Assembly (NCBI GenBank): GCA_003693705.1 | Contig: RBZT01000468.1 | Coordinates: 1 to 56,324, forward strand | Origin: Polymyxa betae A26-41 | Lineage: Eukaryota; Protista; Endomyxa: Phytomyxea | Reading direction: 5' to 3' | DNA: 56,324 nt | Shown here: positions 13,529-26,405 of the stretch, piece by piece | Layout of the letters: each line of letters opens with the position of its first letter | Position numbering within the stretch: the stretch's first letter is position 1 | The notes under the pieces: generated by a model | What the model saw: only the letters and a program-made list of their open reading frames with translations | Told to the model about the DNA's origin: nothing | The model's database searches: none | Translations under genes and position numbers: made by a program

Positions 13529-14079
13529 GAGCTAAATTGGAGGAAAACCTAAGGCATACAATCTGTGTCATCTGATGACCCGATGCAGTCACAGAATGCA
13601 AATCATGGACGATTTTTTCCTGGTTCGAAATCACTCAATCAAATGCTCGCTGAGTAAAATAAACTGGTCTCGAGTCTGGATTACAGTCTACATCTTTTTA
13701 GGTTCACCAGTCTGCACATTGCGGCAATCTCATTTCGCAATATCGGAGAGGTAACCTTAACTTCCTGATTAAGTGGCAAATAGATTTGAAAGTTTCCGTT
13801 CGAAAAGCGAACTCAATTTGTCGAGTTAGGGCTCTAGACCATCAAAGCTCTAGAGAAGACTGCTATTATTTATCAGAGCGCGAATCATCTATACATGCCG
13901 CACGATCATGACTGCATGTGAAGATCGATTTTGCAATCAAAATCACAACATTCGAAAATGTCGAAGATGGCCGAACCGGATATTTTGATTTCCATCCTCG
14001 CAGTTTCCATCGTGTCTGGCTGCATCATTATAGGCTGCTTGCTGTCGAATTCTCTCAACAGCTCTGGATTCAAGCTCCA

Positions 14080-15837
14080 ATGGAGCCATATTCCAACGAC
14101 CATTCGGACACCGACCCAGTCAGTGCGACGACTCCAACTAACGATGACGGAAGCCGCCTGTTCACCGAATTTGATGCCGTACTGATGGCACTCGACGACC
14201 GTGAATGCCTTCATCCTTTAACAGAAACTCTGGCAGTCCCAACTCTTCCTGTTGGTAACCAACCCATGTTGGCATTCCCGCTGCATCAAATTGCACGGGC
14301 AGGATTTGAGAGTGTCATTGTTGTGGTATCCCAATCATCGCATTCAGCTGTATCTTCAAGCCTTCGCCAAGTTCTGGATGTGTTACCCATCAAAGTTCGC
14401 CTTGAAACGGTTCCGAACGGCTTAGGCACTGCTGATGGTATCAGTCTCATCTCGGATCTCTGTATCTTTGTTATTCATCGTATTTACAGCATTAAGGAGG
14501 ATACGCAGTCTGATCCAACATGACTTCCTCGTGGTTGATGCCGATGCGATTTTTACAATGCCTTTACAAGATTTGGCTGACATGCATCGTCTCAGGAACT
14601 CGGGAGCCATTGTAGGTCGTTCATTGTTTTTTGTTGATACATCTCCGCCCTGACTTCGAATACTTCCTCATACGGCTTTCAATTTAGTTTGGCTTTCTAG
14701 ACGCTACTAAACTGGATGCCTGAACCCGAGGGCGACACCTATAAACAAAAACGAAAATCTCTCACAGTTGATATCGGGCGTCATTACGTGGCGCTTGGCG
14801 ACGACGACGTTCTCATGTATATCCGTTCAGCGTTAGATATAGAGACCGAGCCAACGTTCGGCCTCAGTCATCGTCTAATGAGGCGGTCAACCCTCACCAT
14901 TCAGACTCGTATACAAACGAGTGGCGTCTCCATATTCGCTCATTGGATCTTGGATGTTCTTGATACGAAGAAAGGTAAGAACCCGATTTTCTCGTTTTCA
15001 TGTATTAGCACGAAGATTGTTTTATTTTGTAGATAATTAGAACTATCTTTCAGTTTCGATTAGGCATATCGAGCATTTATGGCGAACTGCTCCCGTATCT
15101 GGTTGAACGTCAGTTTATGGATCCGTCGCCATGGGCGGAGGTCGTGGGCGACCAAAGCCGTTCCCGTCTCGCGCTAGAAATGAGCAACAGCTACGATGGC
15201 GAACGCTATCCGATGAATGCCGTCTACGCCATGATCATGCCCGACGATTATTACTGTGTTCGTATCAACACCATTAGTTCGTATATTCGCTTCCAGCAAA
15301 AATTGTTATCGTCGCCTGCCGACTGGAGGTTCGTCTACGACGCCAACTGTGCTAATAGCGTCATGCAACGTAATGGAGCAACTAAGGCAAAAATTGTTAA
15401 AAGTTTGGTTGGTAACGGCGTGACCGTCGCTGAGGTGCTGCTAACTAGAGGATGTTAACTAACACTTAACTGAATCGTTCATCAGGGCTCGATTATCAAA
15501 GACAGTGTGATCGGTTCGGGTTGTACGATTGGGAACGGCGTTACAATCTCCGGTTGCTATCTGATGGACAACGTCGTCGTTCAAGACGGGTTCGTTTCCT
15601 GGTCTGCGTCTCCGATCTCGTGATGACTTTGTTTAGGTGCCGACTGACTGGGACTGTGATCTGCCCGCAGGCGGTTGTTCAGGATCAATGCGTTGTCAAT
15701 GGCTGCGTCGTCGGAGCATCATATTCAATCGAGAGCGAGTGTAAGTCTCGAGTGTTTATCCCAACATTTCTGTACGTTAACGTATTCGGTAATCAGCCAT
15801 GGCCACGAATGAGACTCTGTTCAATTCTCAGGATTGA
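14080..15837 (+). CDS. EIF2B3: Translation initiation factor eIF2B subunit gamma
   Basis: N-terminal NTP-transferase-like fold (EFDAVLMA...LHPLTETLAVPTLPVGNQPMLAFPL..IARAGF) and a C-terminal left-handed beta-helix (SLVGNGVTV, SVIGSGCTIGNGVTISGCYLMDNVVV). No C-terminal W2 domain, so gamma rather than epsilon. Confidence 0.85.
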
Positions 15838-16070
15838 TAAAATAACGAAAATGATATTGATGAGAACATCACAGTTCTGGTACATTCGCGAACAACATTG
15901 CTGCGATTCCCGCAGGGGCGGTGCCGCACGCGCTCTCAAACTGCAAATATCCCTTTGTTGATCTTGTCATTTTGGGACCGACGACAGCAGATATCGTGTG
16001 GATAGAGGGCACGCTACTGCTATTTTGTCCCATAATACGACGGGATCACTGAGATCTGTTGCCTCAGGCT

Positions 16071-18171
16071 ATGCCGATGCGGCGTCATAGCCTTCATGGG
16101 GTTGATTCCGATCCCATCTGGCGTGATGGTCCCGTCGTTCCCAGCTATCTGCGGTTTCGTATGAACTCCAGGTCGCATATATCGTGGGCGACACCGGGTT
16201 TAGCCACGTTCCAGGAATGGGTGGCACCTTGTTTCAAACCGGTCGCCTGCAGAACGCCGCCCTTCACTTCGGCATCGTCGGGGGCCTTCTTACCCTATCA
16301 CGACGCTTTGTTACGACAATCACTGTCATCGACATCGATCCAGCGCGCCATCGATGAAGTGATTGCTGCCGTGCGTCCGACGCGCCTCTCGCTCGATCAT
16401 CGCGAGAAAGTCGTGACTTTCGTCCAGATCGTTCTGAACGCCACGCTGGGCGTCAAGGTCGTACCGCATGGATCGTACGCGTTGCGAACGTTCCTGCCTG
16501 ATAGCAACGTTAATCTATCATCGTTCTTCACGCGCAATCACGACAAGAGCTGGTTCCAGCGCGTCATTCGAGCGCTCGCTTCGGACGGCGCCGAGAGCGT
16601 CGACCCGATCGTACGTGGCGCCCAGCCACCGTACACGCCCTACTTCTCGGTCGGCGTGAAATCCGCGCTGTTCACAACGTCACCGGACGGGACGCGATCG
16701 ATTCGCGTCAATGTGAACGGCGTCTCGGTAGAGATCGGCTGTAATCAAGGCAGGTCGGTGGCCGTCACCGCTTTCCTTGAAGACGCCGATCGACGCATCG
16801 GACGCAATCACCTGCTGAAGCGTACCTTGATCCTGACGAAACTGTTTCTTGCGAACGAGGCGCGGGTGACGCGTCTACTGCCCTCTGGCGCCGTCATCGC
16901 CATCGTCCTGCAGGCGTTCGCGTTGAACGATGATATTCGTCACCCGCTGCAAGGCATGATCCGCGCCCTGGATGCATTTCTGGCCGGTTATTGGCGATCG
17001 ATTGTGTTCACGATTCTCGGGTCGCTACCATTACGAGATCCTGGAAATCTGTAATGCTGCTCTGTATCAGTGTTCGAATCGTCTAATAGCTCTGCACAAA
17101 CAGGCACATTACGATGGCATCGCTGGCGCAGGACTCGAAATCACCCATCAACCTGGCGCTGCTGGCGCGGCATTCGGACGATTTCAGAATCGCGCCCGAT
17201 ATGAAGAAGGACGATGATGGAAACCAGATCACGTTCCAGCCGACGGCCCTGAACGTCATGGACCCGCTCGATACCTCTGTGAACTTAACCGCTCGTGTCA
17301 CCTTGGCCGAAGCCGCCGAGATCCGCGAATCCATTCAGCACTCGCTGTCCGATCTGAAACTGCAGCTGCGTTTCTGGGCTGATTCCACGGCCGTCACCAA
17401 CGACGCCGATACATTCGCCTGGGTCTGTCAGCATGTCTTCCGTCGTAGCTGCGATCGATACAGTGTATGATCTCTGCATCAGACACCGCTGCTTGAATCT
17501 CATTTGTATTGTAGACGTTGATTTCGGCTCAGAAGTTCGCGGACAAGGGCGCCGATGGCGGCAACGATATCTTGCAGGCGAATCTGGATTTTCTCACCGA
17601 ACAAGTCCATCACGCTGGCAAGTTTGATCTGCCGAAGATCGCCGAGGCAGATCTCATCCGTCTGATGGAGCAGATTTTGGAGCAGAACGGCGGTACAGTG
17701 ACAGTCGGCAAGATGGGCTCATTAATGCACGAAGCCACCAATAATCATTCATTGCCGGCCATGATCAAATCGCGATTCGGCGGCCTGAAGAAGCTTCTGA
17801 AACGCCACGAGAACATCTTCCAGGTCGGGGCAGATCATCCACACAATCCACATGTGTCGCTGAGGCCGCTGAGCATGCGGCGAGCATCGCTCAGGGCGCC
17901 ATCAAGCCCTGATGCTGCCCAGCAGCCGATCTTGCCGCTGATGACGCCGTCGCCCAAACGATCGATGGGTTCCCCATCTCCGTCGCCGAAGCGATCTGTG
18001 TTACCCTCACCGACGACGTTATTGTTCTCAAAATCAGGATCATTCACACTGAGTGGTGATCGGAAATCGTCCAGTGCCGATCTCAATTTTGATTCCATCG
18101 CCTTAACTAGTAAGGATGGTAAATATGCACATAGCAGCGAAGCATTGAAAGCTCTAGCTGATCGATTGTAA
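16071..18171 (+). CDS. PAP/OAS1-type (Pol-beta superfamily) nucleotidyltransferase-like protein with degenerate catalytic motif and a C-terminal LOTUS/OST-HTH-like domain
   Basis: PT..S..HREKVVTFVQ, HGSYALRTFLPDSNVNL, AFLEDADRRIGRNHLLKRTLILTK and LNVMDPL...NL match the plant/protist PAP-OAS1 family pattern. The C-terminal LIRLMEQILEQNGGTVTVGKMGSLM...KSRFGGLKKLLKRHENIFQV looks like a winged-helix LOTUS domain. Confidence 0.8.
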
Positions 18172-18709
18172 AATTGTATAATGTACATTGCAGTTTTGCA
18201 GAGAGTATACAACTGATCGTTCTCTTCGTAATCGGGATATGATGTGCTTGGCGGCTGCTTGTAGCATCCTTGCCCTATTGCATACCGGTTGATGTCGTTT
18301 AGTCACATCACATCGGTCGGTCTCGTTCCGTTTTGGGGGTCTGGTTTGGCTGTGATCAACTCTAAACGGTTGGCCAACGAACAGTGACTCAAGATAACTT
18401 TACAATAGATCGAGATAGTAGTTGTAACAGGTCGGGAGCCTATCTTTATTGAAATTATTCCGATCAAAATCAGAATAATTCGTTATGAATAGGACACCGT
18501 TAGTGAATAACTTCGAGACGAGTTCCTTCTTCAAATTCAATGCTATGCAGTCCCGGTTCGAGGATATTTTGTTGCTGTATTCCTGTGTTAATGAGTTGAC
18601 GACGATGTGCCATCCAATCACAAGCAAAAAATCACTTCATTTATCTCATTCTCTTGATCGATCAGTATTGCAAACAAGTTGCTACAGATTAGAAAGGTGC
18701 CAGCCGACG

Positions 18710-18955
18710 TCAATTGGTGGAGCAGCAGCAGGCCCACGCAAAGAACGAGCAGCAGAAACACGACGTAAAAAGGGTGCTTGGAGCGTCATCGACGGGCGCT
18801 GATTTCGCACTGAATGTGAATATGTTCATCATGAGATTCCATATTCAATGCTGGTCTGACCTCTGCCGATATTTCAATCCTGGCATTGGGACCTGCGACA
18901 TGGATCCGTCTGCGTTTTCCACGTACATTAACTGCTGCGGCGGTGGCGACGACAT
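18710..18955 (-). CDS. CYSTM-like cysteine-rich tail-anchored peptide (64 aa, 2 exons)
   Basis: The intron at 18810-18860 gives MSSPPPQQLMYVENADGSMSQVPMPGLKYRQSAKSAPVDDAPSTLFTSCFCCSFFAWACCCSTN*: a P/Q-rich head and a Cys-rich hydrophobic tail. Confidence 0.75.
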
Positions 18956-19405
18956 TGCCACTTTTCGATGATATCGAGTAGTGCCGACAACCAAGACCGT
19001 CGTCAAGATATTTTCTCTGATCTCCAGCTTCGGAACAGATTTTTTTGGTACATTACACAAAAGACTTCGACCATACAAGAATACACCGGATTAAATTGCC
19101 GATTCAGAACATGCATCGTCACATTTGACTTGAAGTCTGTTTTCACCCATGAGCCATGACAATACAATTGAACCTCGCGATATGAAATGCTGTTGTTCAA
19201 TCGATCCACTTTTCATCAAATGACCTTCAAATCAGATTAAAATTTGTATTTTTTTTCTAAAGTTAAAACCTTACGTTTGCCTCCAAGCGTGCATTATTAG
19301 TATCTGAAGTCCCAATGGGGGAATCAGCTTGAATTTTCTGTCCTTTAAGTAGATGATAAATTCTTGTCAAAATATGTAACGAAAACCGCAAACAACACTG
19401 TATTA

Positions 19406-22400
19406 CTATCCGGCATTAACAGCACTCAGTAATGCTCTCGAGTAAAACAAATCGCTGCTTGCTACAATAGTTGGATCTTCGTGATGTTGAAGACAGTTAT
19501 CTAGCCACACTTTGTCGATGAGTTTGATAGATATCATCATGCTATCAGTAAGGCCGGCAAGCATCGTTCTATGAAACCTAGAACGCATGAGAAACTTGGC
19601 AACAATGAGATAGAGAACGATTTCTGACTTGAAGGCAGAAACATCACAAGTTATAATGTGTGTCACATCCTGATTCAGGTCCCTCACAATCCGACCGCTG
19701 TAAACTTTAATACAGTTCGCTATCATCATTGCTGTACTGCTAAAATGACAGTTAGACTAGATGGAAACGAGCAGCGTAAGGGATCCGACCATGGATTACC
19801 ATGCAGAGCTACATGGGGACATTCAACAGCAGCAAAAGCGGTAACATCGCGAAACATGGTCGTCGATGTCCATAATAAATCGTATTTTGCAGAGCCCAGC
19901 TGCTTACGGAACCGCCTATATACACGTTGAGACTTATTTTAGAGACGAAACATTCACGAACTTAATCCCACGAGGCGTCGTACTGGATCCGTCCATTGCG
20001 TCTTCGGATGATTCTCTTGAGCAATACCACGTGTAAATCTGTACATAATCAGAATGACGACGGATCGCAGAATCGGTCAAGATAGGACGAACCCGTTTAC
20101 ATGTCTCTTGATCAGGTAAACGGCCCCAAACAACACCACAATCGACGTCCATAATCGGTTTCAAACGCGCTCTTGTTTGTTGGCTTAAATGTATCCAGTA
20201 CCTGTTCGAAGTGAATAACGACGACGAAGTGGTGACAGGAATTCGCCCGACCAAGGATAATAAAGAAGCTGTTCAGACTGGGAGATCGAATCTTCCACCC
20301 ACTGAAACTGAATAATATCGACATCAAACTCGGCATCGCTCGACGCCATCCGAATCAAGTTCTCGACCTGAACCGTTCTGTCACCGACAATAACCAAGTC
20401 CACCTTTCTGGCGGTCTCTTTGGTCAAATTCAGAACCAATTCGCCTAAACGAAAGCCCTGAATATCTGATAGCAAATAGTTAATAACAGCAACAGACCTC
20501 CATTTTCAACAATATGTTTTTGGATATCTCTCGTTGTATATCGAGGTGTGCTACTGCGAACGTGAATTCGAAGCCCTTCGAATCTGAAACAAAAATGAAT
20601 ACGATTGGCAATAGCTTTTAACTATTCGGACAGGGTTGACTTCACGTCGACTTTACCAATCTTGAAGTTCGGAAACGACGTCAATATCTTACCAGCCGTT
20701 GTCTATCAAGGGTCAACAGTGCTTAAGGCGAGTTGGCAACAGCAGACCTTCTTGGTTCGATGCGTAGCAGAAAGGAGCTTCTCACGAACATTGTAGCAGA
20801 TTCGGCCACGATTCGGTCCCGAAACGATCTAAGTCAACATTGTAAGAAGAAAGTGAGAAGATGAGGTAAAAGCCGACCGAGATGACGTCACTCATTGTCC
20901 AGCATTCGTACCAAAGCTTATCAGTACGAATACGAACAGCTGTTGGAAACCGGACTGTATAACCACACGATTGCTTATTCGTCGAATTGATTTCATATCC
21001 CTGGCAGCAGCAACTCTCACATTGAACATCCAGCAGACTCGGTTTCGAATACCTTAACCTCCAGAATGACGGATTGGAATGGATCCACGACAACATTTGG
21101 GGAGACGAACTGCGAGGCAAGCGGCTGGATCAACCAATGAGCCAAGACGCCGATCCAAATGACTCAGATAACCGACTTCGAACCATGTTGGAGGTGAGTT
21201 TCTGTCGAATTTCCTGTAATGCGGTTCGAGGCGTTCCAGCAGCATATTCAGCTCGTCTTGCGTAAATCCACTACCAACCTATACAGATCGATCAGCGGTT
21301 GTCAAACGATAACCATTGGGGGCCAACACGAATGAACGTATAGAACGTCTTCGGATGACCTTGCTCGTCAAGATTATCTTGATTGCCAACGCCCAACAGA
21401 AAGCTGTTCCTCTTTCCAAAATACACTCCTATCTGATGTTAGCAGATCGCGAGCAGATCAGCCTTGATCATACCAAGAATAAGAGCGTCCATTGTATCAC
21501 ACATAGCATCGCTCTACAAGCAACTTAAGAATGTGTTGATCAAGACCGATCTTCAACTCACAAGAAGATAATCGGCTTTGACTTTCATCCAGAAACTCTT
21601 ATCACGAGTTCCAGTAGAATACAAACTGTCCAAATTCTTGATCAGCAATCCTTCGTTCCTGATTAACAGCACTATCAGCAACCATATCAATTATGAGATA
21701 TGAAATACCCTTGGTCGATGGCATGGTCCAGCGCTGTCGTAATCTGATCCGCTTTCTCGATGATCTCTTGCTTGGATATTTCGAGTCGGTGGGAGACCTC
21801 GGAAACAATGCATTTCTGAAGCATTTTGCGACGTTCGCGTAATGGCTACAGCAAGCTTGAGATAGCAGAAGGCGTGACGTGAAGGACTAACAAGACCAAC
21901 AAGCAGCTTGCCATCCAGATAAACGATATCGAATGCCACGTAAGCCAGATGGCAGTTAGGAATCTGACCAGCAGCAACAGCGCGATTCGTGCCGAAGCCC
22001 GCATAGCCGCCAAGAGCATCGTCCCAGACGACCAATTCCCCATCAAGGATGAACGATTCAGCAGTGATCTCCTTAAGATGCGGCTCTAATGAGGTCATAT
22101 AATCGGGATATTTCTCGGACAGCTCTATCTGATTTCTGCAATAATATTCAAATGCGACCAGCCGATCTTAAACTGAGAAGAGAACCTTGAGAAGAAATGG
22201 ATTCGCTCATTGTTTTTATGAATTAAACATCTTTCGCCATCAAATTTCAGTTCAACGGCCCAGCTGCCGTTCTTCATTTGCTTCATTATCGTCAGAAAAG
22301 GATCTCGGGTGAGAGCAGTAGTTGCTTACTTCTTCAATATCACTCCAGGCTACACGTGCAGCAAGCATCGGCCGAATAGGATTATCTGGCGATATATTAA

Positions 22401-23208
22401 CTTCAGGAGTTGTCAATGGCGATGACGTCGGCAGATGCTGCGTGGCATTCGTGCAAACTATGATGGTAAGGAGACCGAAGCATGATGGATGATATATTGC
22501 AGACCTAACTGCAGATCGCTGGTTGCATTATACCAATCAACAGCTGATGGATGGAAAGTGGCCAGAATCGTATTATCGCCAATACCGAGCTTCAAATCTT
22601 TCAATATAATTCGCATTAGAAACTACAGCATATCACATCGGGCATCGTTCCGGCAATATCAAAACTGACCTTATGCTCCATAGCCGACGTCAGTTGAAGC
22701 GAAAGCTTACGCCAGAGAGGGAGCCGCTCAGCATGGCTTGTCAGATCCTTTATCTCCTCTAACAAGGCATTGACGTCTGCGACGGTCCAATTTGATTCCT
22801 GGACGAGCCCTTCCTCGCGAAGAATCGTCTCCAAAACATTCGTAAAGTTCGAGACGCCCTTCCGAACCGTTACTAACAGGCGTTGGGGATGCACATCTTT
22901 ACCGATGCTTTCGTCGCTTGCTTCTTGTCCGCCCACTGCGATAACCGAGAAGCTTTATGGCCTTGCACAGGCCAGGCATTTGCATCGATGTAAAGCGCTG
23001 CGATTTTCTTCACGCTGATTCCATACGTCTTCTCACGATCAAATTTAGGCACCAGAAGCCTCAGCAGCGGGAATGCATCCTCGGTTAACAGGGCCGGGAT
23101 CGATTTGAAAAACGAAACGAAAACGTCCTGTTTGTTAGCGGATCCTCGAGCCTTTTCGACTCGCTCAAGGACTTGGCAGATAACGGCAAACCGAACCTGA
23201 TCGGCCAT
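19406..23208 (-). CDS. LIG4: DNA ligase IV (ATP-dependent, NHEJ), multi-exon
   Basis: DNA-binding domain (FPLLRLLVPKFDREKTYG), motif I VELKFDGER (~22230-22255), motif III FILDGELVVWD, IIIa YVAFDIVYL, OB-fold TVRFP..VRIRTDK.W.EC, and C-terminal BRCT-like segments (VTHII...WLDNC). Confidence 0.93.
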
Positions 23209-24012
23209 AATTACAACAGCTGTTCTTCTACTATCAGCATGGAGATTGAAAATTTGAAGCGCACTGCCACAGTTTATTGTCATGTTACGCTGTTTCTGAA
23301 GATTTGAGTTTCGTCAGATTTTAAAAGTGATCTCAAAACGCGTCGCTTAAGAGCAGGGCTTGACGAGAAGTTAGCCGATTAGTTGATGGAGCATTCCATC
23401 TTCTTTTTCGCTGGCATCATCTCGAACTGTTATCCAGTGACCCGGAGCGACACGCTAATACCGGCATAAACATGGCAAATAGATGTGGCGATTTGACCAT
23501 TTTAGTTACGAATGAGCGCATTGTGAAACCCATCATCAATGAGACACCCGGTTTGTAGGTATTCTGTTTTTACTATTAATAGCGGATGCACACACTAACT
23601 TTTATTGATGAAGAATGGGTCCATGCGGTGCCATAACATAGTATTGATTGTTTCAGGGTTTCCCATTGTCTGCGGCCCAAACATGTTTGTCCACGTTTTG
23701 GCTTGGGTTGAACTCTAGATTAGATTTGAGATTCGTTGAGGCTGCCCTGGTCAAAGGCCTTTCAAGATAGGTGGACATCAAATCAACTCTAGCGCCTTCT
23801 AAAGCCAGCCTCCAATTTAACAGCGTTCGCAAACACTATTTTTGAGTAGCACGTTAAATCAGCTGACGAAGCTTATCGTAACAGTTTTGTGACAAACGAT
23901 TTATAGATGTTTATGTAGTTATGTATGATGGGTGAATTTCCAAGAGAAATGTTTCGTTTTCCGCACCGTAGAACCGGGTTGTACAATGCATACAATACAT
24001 AACAGTAATATA

Positions 24013-25302
24013 TCAAGAACTTGTAAATGTGAGGGTTCCTGATCCAGTCAAAAATACGATATCGTTGTCATTGATGAAATGAGTTTCGACTTTCAATTCC
24101 AAAGGCAGCGTTACCAGACAGATATCTGGTCGTCGAAGCATGAGATGATTAAATGACGATATGAGCTCCGTTTGCACCAATGGAGCTATAGACACCATTT
24201 GCAGGCTTGCACTATTATGAAGGGCCGAAATATTGTATATTCCGGCATCTCGTAGCAGTAATAGTCGAAGATCTGGTAGAGACGCTAACGAGCTGGCGTC
24301 ACAGGTCAATGTTGCTCTGACCAGAATGAACGTATGTAGCCATTTGCAGTTGATTATCCAATCCAGACGAGTCAGCTGGTGAGCCGAAAACAATATTAAA
24401 ATTCTTAACTGATGCAAATAGGAAATAACGTCGAAATTCTCGATAGAGTTCGCCCCGAAAATGGCCAGCGTTCTCAACGATTTACATCTAGCTAACGCGG
24501 AGATATCGTAAATTTTTGTAGCTGGAGCGATAAAAAGCTTTTTCAAGCATTGACATCGAGATAACGGCGTCAGATCCACATAATGCGGACAGGACAAAAA
24601 CAGAACTGTAAGCGATTCAAGAAACCCGATAGGTGTGATATCCTGATAGATCTGTTCTGAACATATCATCCGACAAAAACCGTTGGTATCCTTGAGTTGA
24701 ACATTCTTAAGAAGAAGATGATTTAAATGTGGCATCTTTTCCAAAAACCGAAGATCGGCAACCTTCTGGTTCGATAGATCAAGATATCGAAGCGAATTCA
24801 ACGTCATGCTAAGATTTGTCTGTATATGCTCTTTTGGTACCCGACAGTTCTTAAGAATAAGATGCTCCAAAAGTGGCATCTTTTCCAAGAAGCGAAAATC
24901 GGTCAAACTCTGATTGGAAAGGTCGAGAAATCGAAGCGAATTTGATCCCACACTTAACTTTGTCAGTAGCAGTTTTTGAGATACCCGGAGGTCGTGCGAT
25001 TTTCTCCTAATCGTTAGACTTTGTAAATGGGGTGCATCTTTCAGAATGCTATGCAGAAATTCGGCGCTAATTGGTGCCCGGTTGTCATCAATCGTCACGA
25101 CCTTCTGATACCCTGCTTCTCGGAAATTTCGACAAACCAAGCATAGCTTGCCGCGCAGGAATCCAGACAACCCGATGCATTTCCAGACAGACTCAGATGC
25201 TGGGCTCGGTATCGAAAGCAGCAAACAAAGCTGATTACTAGCGTTTGGGCCAATAGATGGAGCCGGACGTATGTCGCGGCAATGACTTCCAGTGACGCCC
25301 AT
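24013..25302 (-). CDS. Leucine-rich repeat protein, possible N-terminal F-box-like motif, intronless
   Basis: About 12 LxxLxL repeats, including near-duplicates LRFLDLSNQSLTDFRFLEKMPLLEHLILKNC / LRYLDLSNQKVADLRFLEKMPHLNHLLLKNV. LCLVCRNF resembles an F-box end. Start codon uncertain. Confidence 0.8.
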   Translation of the reverse strand: MGVTGSHCRDIRPAPSIGPNASNQLCLLLSIPSPASESVWKCIGLSGFLRGKLCLVCRNFREAGYQKVVTIDDNRAPISAEFLHSILKDAPHLQSLTIRRKSHDLRVSQKLLLTKLSVGSNSLRFLDLSNQSLTDFRFLEKMPLLEHLILKNCRVPKEHIQTNLSMTLNSLRYLDLSNQKVADLRFLEKMPHLNHLLLKNVQLKDTNGFCRMICSEQIYQDITPIGFLESLTVLFLSCPHYVDLTPLSRCQCLKKLFIAPATKIYDISALARCKSLRTLAIFGANSIENFDVISYLHQLRILILFSAHQLTRLDWIINCKWLHTFILVRATLTCDASSLASLPDLRLLLLRDAGIYNISALHNSASLQMVSIAPLVQTELISSFNHLMLRRPDICLVTLPLELKVETHFINDNDIVFLTGSGTLTFTSS

Positions 25303-25405
25303 CACGTTTTGTGAAATCGGTGAACGCAGCAGACCGCGTCCGATCGTCGCCACCACCAACTTGGTTTATTTCCATCAGGGTTCTTCTGAAAGAAGTTTGC
25401 TTGAA

Positions 25406-25843
25406 TTAATGAAACTGGTCGGTGATTTCCGCGATACATTGCCTGAGCTGTTGGTCGAACAATTGGCCTTTGATAGGCATATCCATTTCGTAGAAGGGAT
25501 TTTTCAAAGCATAATCCGTATAAATTTGATATAATCGCTGCAGAAATTTCACCATCTGAGGGCTGTCTGAAGCTCCAACAACCACGAAAGTGACACCTGT
25601 GATAGTCTTCATCGCCTTTAACGTCGTTCGTTCAGTCTGCAAAGTATGCATGCCGGATTTCTTGGGATTGTCGCCGAATACGACCAGCTCGGACGCGATC
25701 GTCGACAGCCCGTGGAACGTCGATGCAAGACGAAGCTGATCGTTCAGCGATGACGCTGCTGGGTTGGCAGTCGGCCGAATCGTTTGCGAATAGATGAGAC
25801 CGCCGGCTCGGTTGATGATAAACACCGAGTATAAGACAACCAT
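25406..25843 (-). CDS. TRAPPC4: TRAPP complex subunit 4 (Trs23/synbindin)
   Basis: YSVFIINRAGGLIY, NDQLRLASTFHGL, and LYQIYTDYALKNPFYEMDMPIK..LFD are signature motifs. Confidence 0.92.
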   Translation of the reverse strand: MVVLYSVFIINRAGGLIYSQTIRPTANPAASSLNDQLRLASTFHGLSTIASELVVFGDNPKKSGMHTLQTERTTLKAMKTITGVTFVVVGASDSPQMVKFLQRLYQIYTDYALKNPFYEMDMPIKGQLFDQQLRQCIAEITDQFH

Positions 25844-25939
25844 TTTGAAACTGGCGACGCTATAAAGGCGCTCTAGAGGCCCAGCCCCCTTCCCCCCAGT
25901 AATGATGTTACAGTACGTACGTATAACAAATCAGATTTA

Positions 25940-26225
25940 TTACTCTGTATGGTCTTCTGCAGGAGGTTGCTCAACAATCCCATCTAACAGGTCGCATTCT
26001 TTGATCCTGTTTGTTTAAATGCAATCAGGATGAAGGGAGCTTCACACGTTTGGTGTACCTGCGGCAGGCGAAAGCGACGAAGCTCCGATCCGGCTGAGAC
26101 AACACCCCGATCCCTGATATCGGATCGAGTATCTGCAGATGCCCTTGCCGCGATTCGCCATCGCTGGCCGTGATTCGGACGAGAGTGCCTAACGCCACAT
26201 TCTGAAGCACGCTCGGTGTCTCCAT
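25940..26225 (-). CDS. Small Sm/LSm-fold protein, Gemin6/LSM12-like N-terminal domain only (2 exons, ~77 aa)
   Basis: LGTLVRITASDGESRQGHLQILDPISGIGVL fits an Sm1 motif as in Gemin6 (VRVTAS...KGWVLTTDPVS). The second exon IKECDLL...TE* follows a GT-AG intron. Confidence 0.55.
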
Positions 26226-26405
26226 TCAACCAGCATTCGGAGTGCGGCAATTTAAAACCAGAATTTGATGTTTATCATCCAGTTTGTATTTCAAGCATCC
26301 TACATTACATTCTGAAGTGGGCTGAATCTCATGTGACAGGATGCTTTGGGCTGTGTCAATGGCGAGTGATTTGCCAATCTCTGCAACAGCGGAGGATCGG
26401 TGAAG

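Noticed and set aside
23340-23900. Possible small spliced gene between LIG4 and the LRR gene
   Set aside because: Could not build a consistent exon chain or recognise a product.
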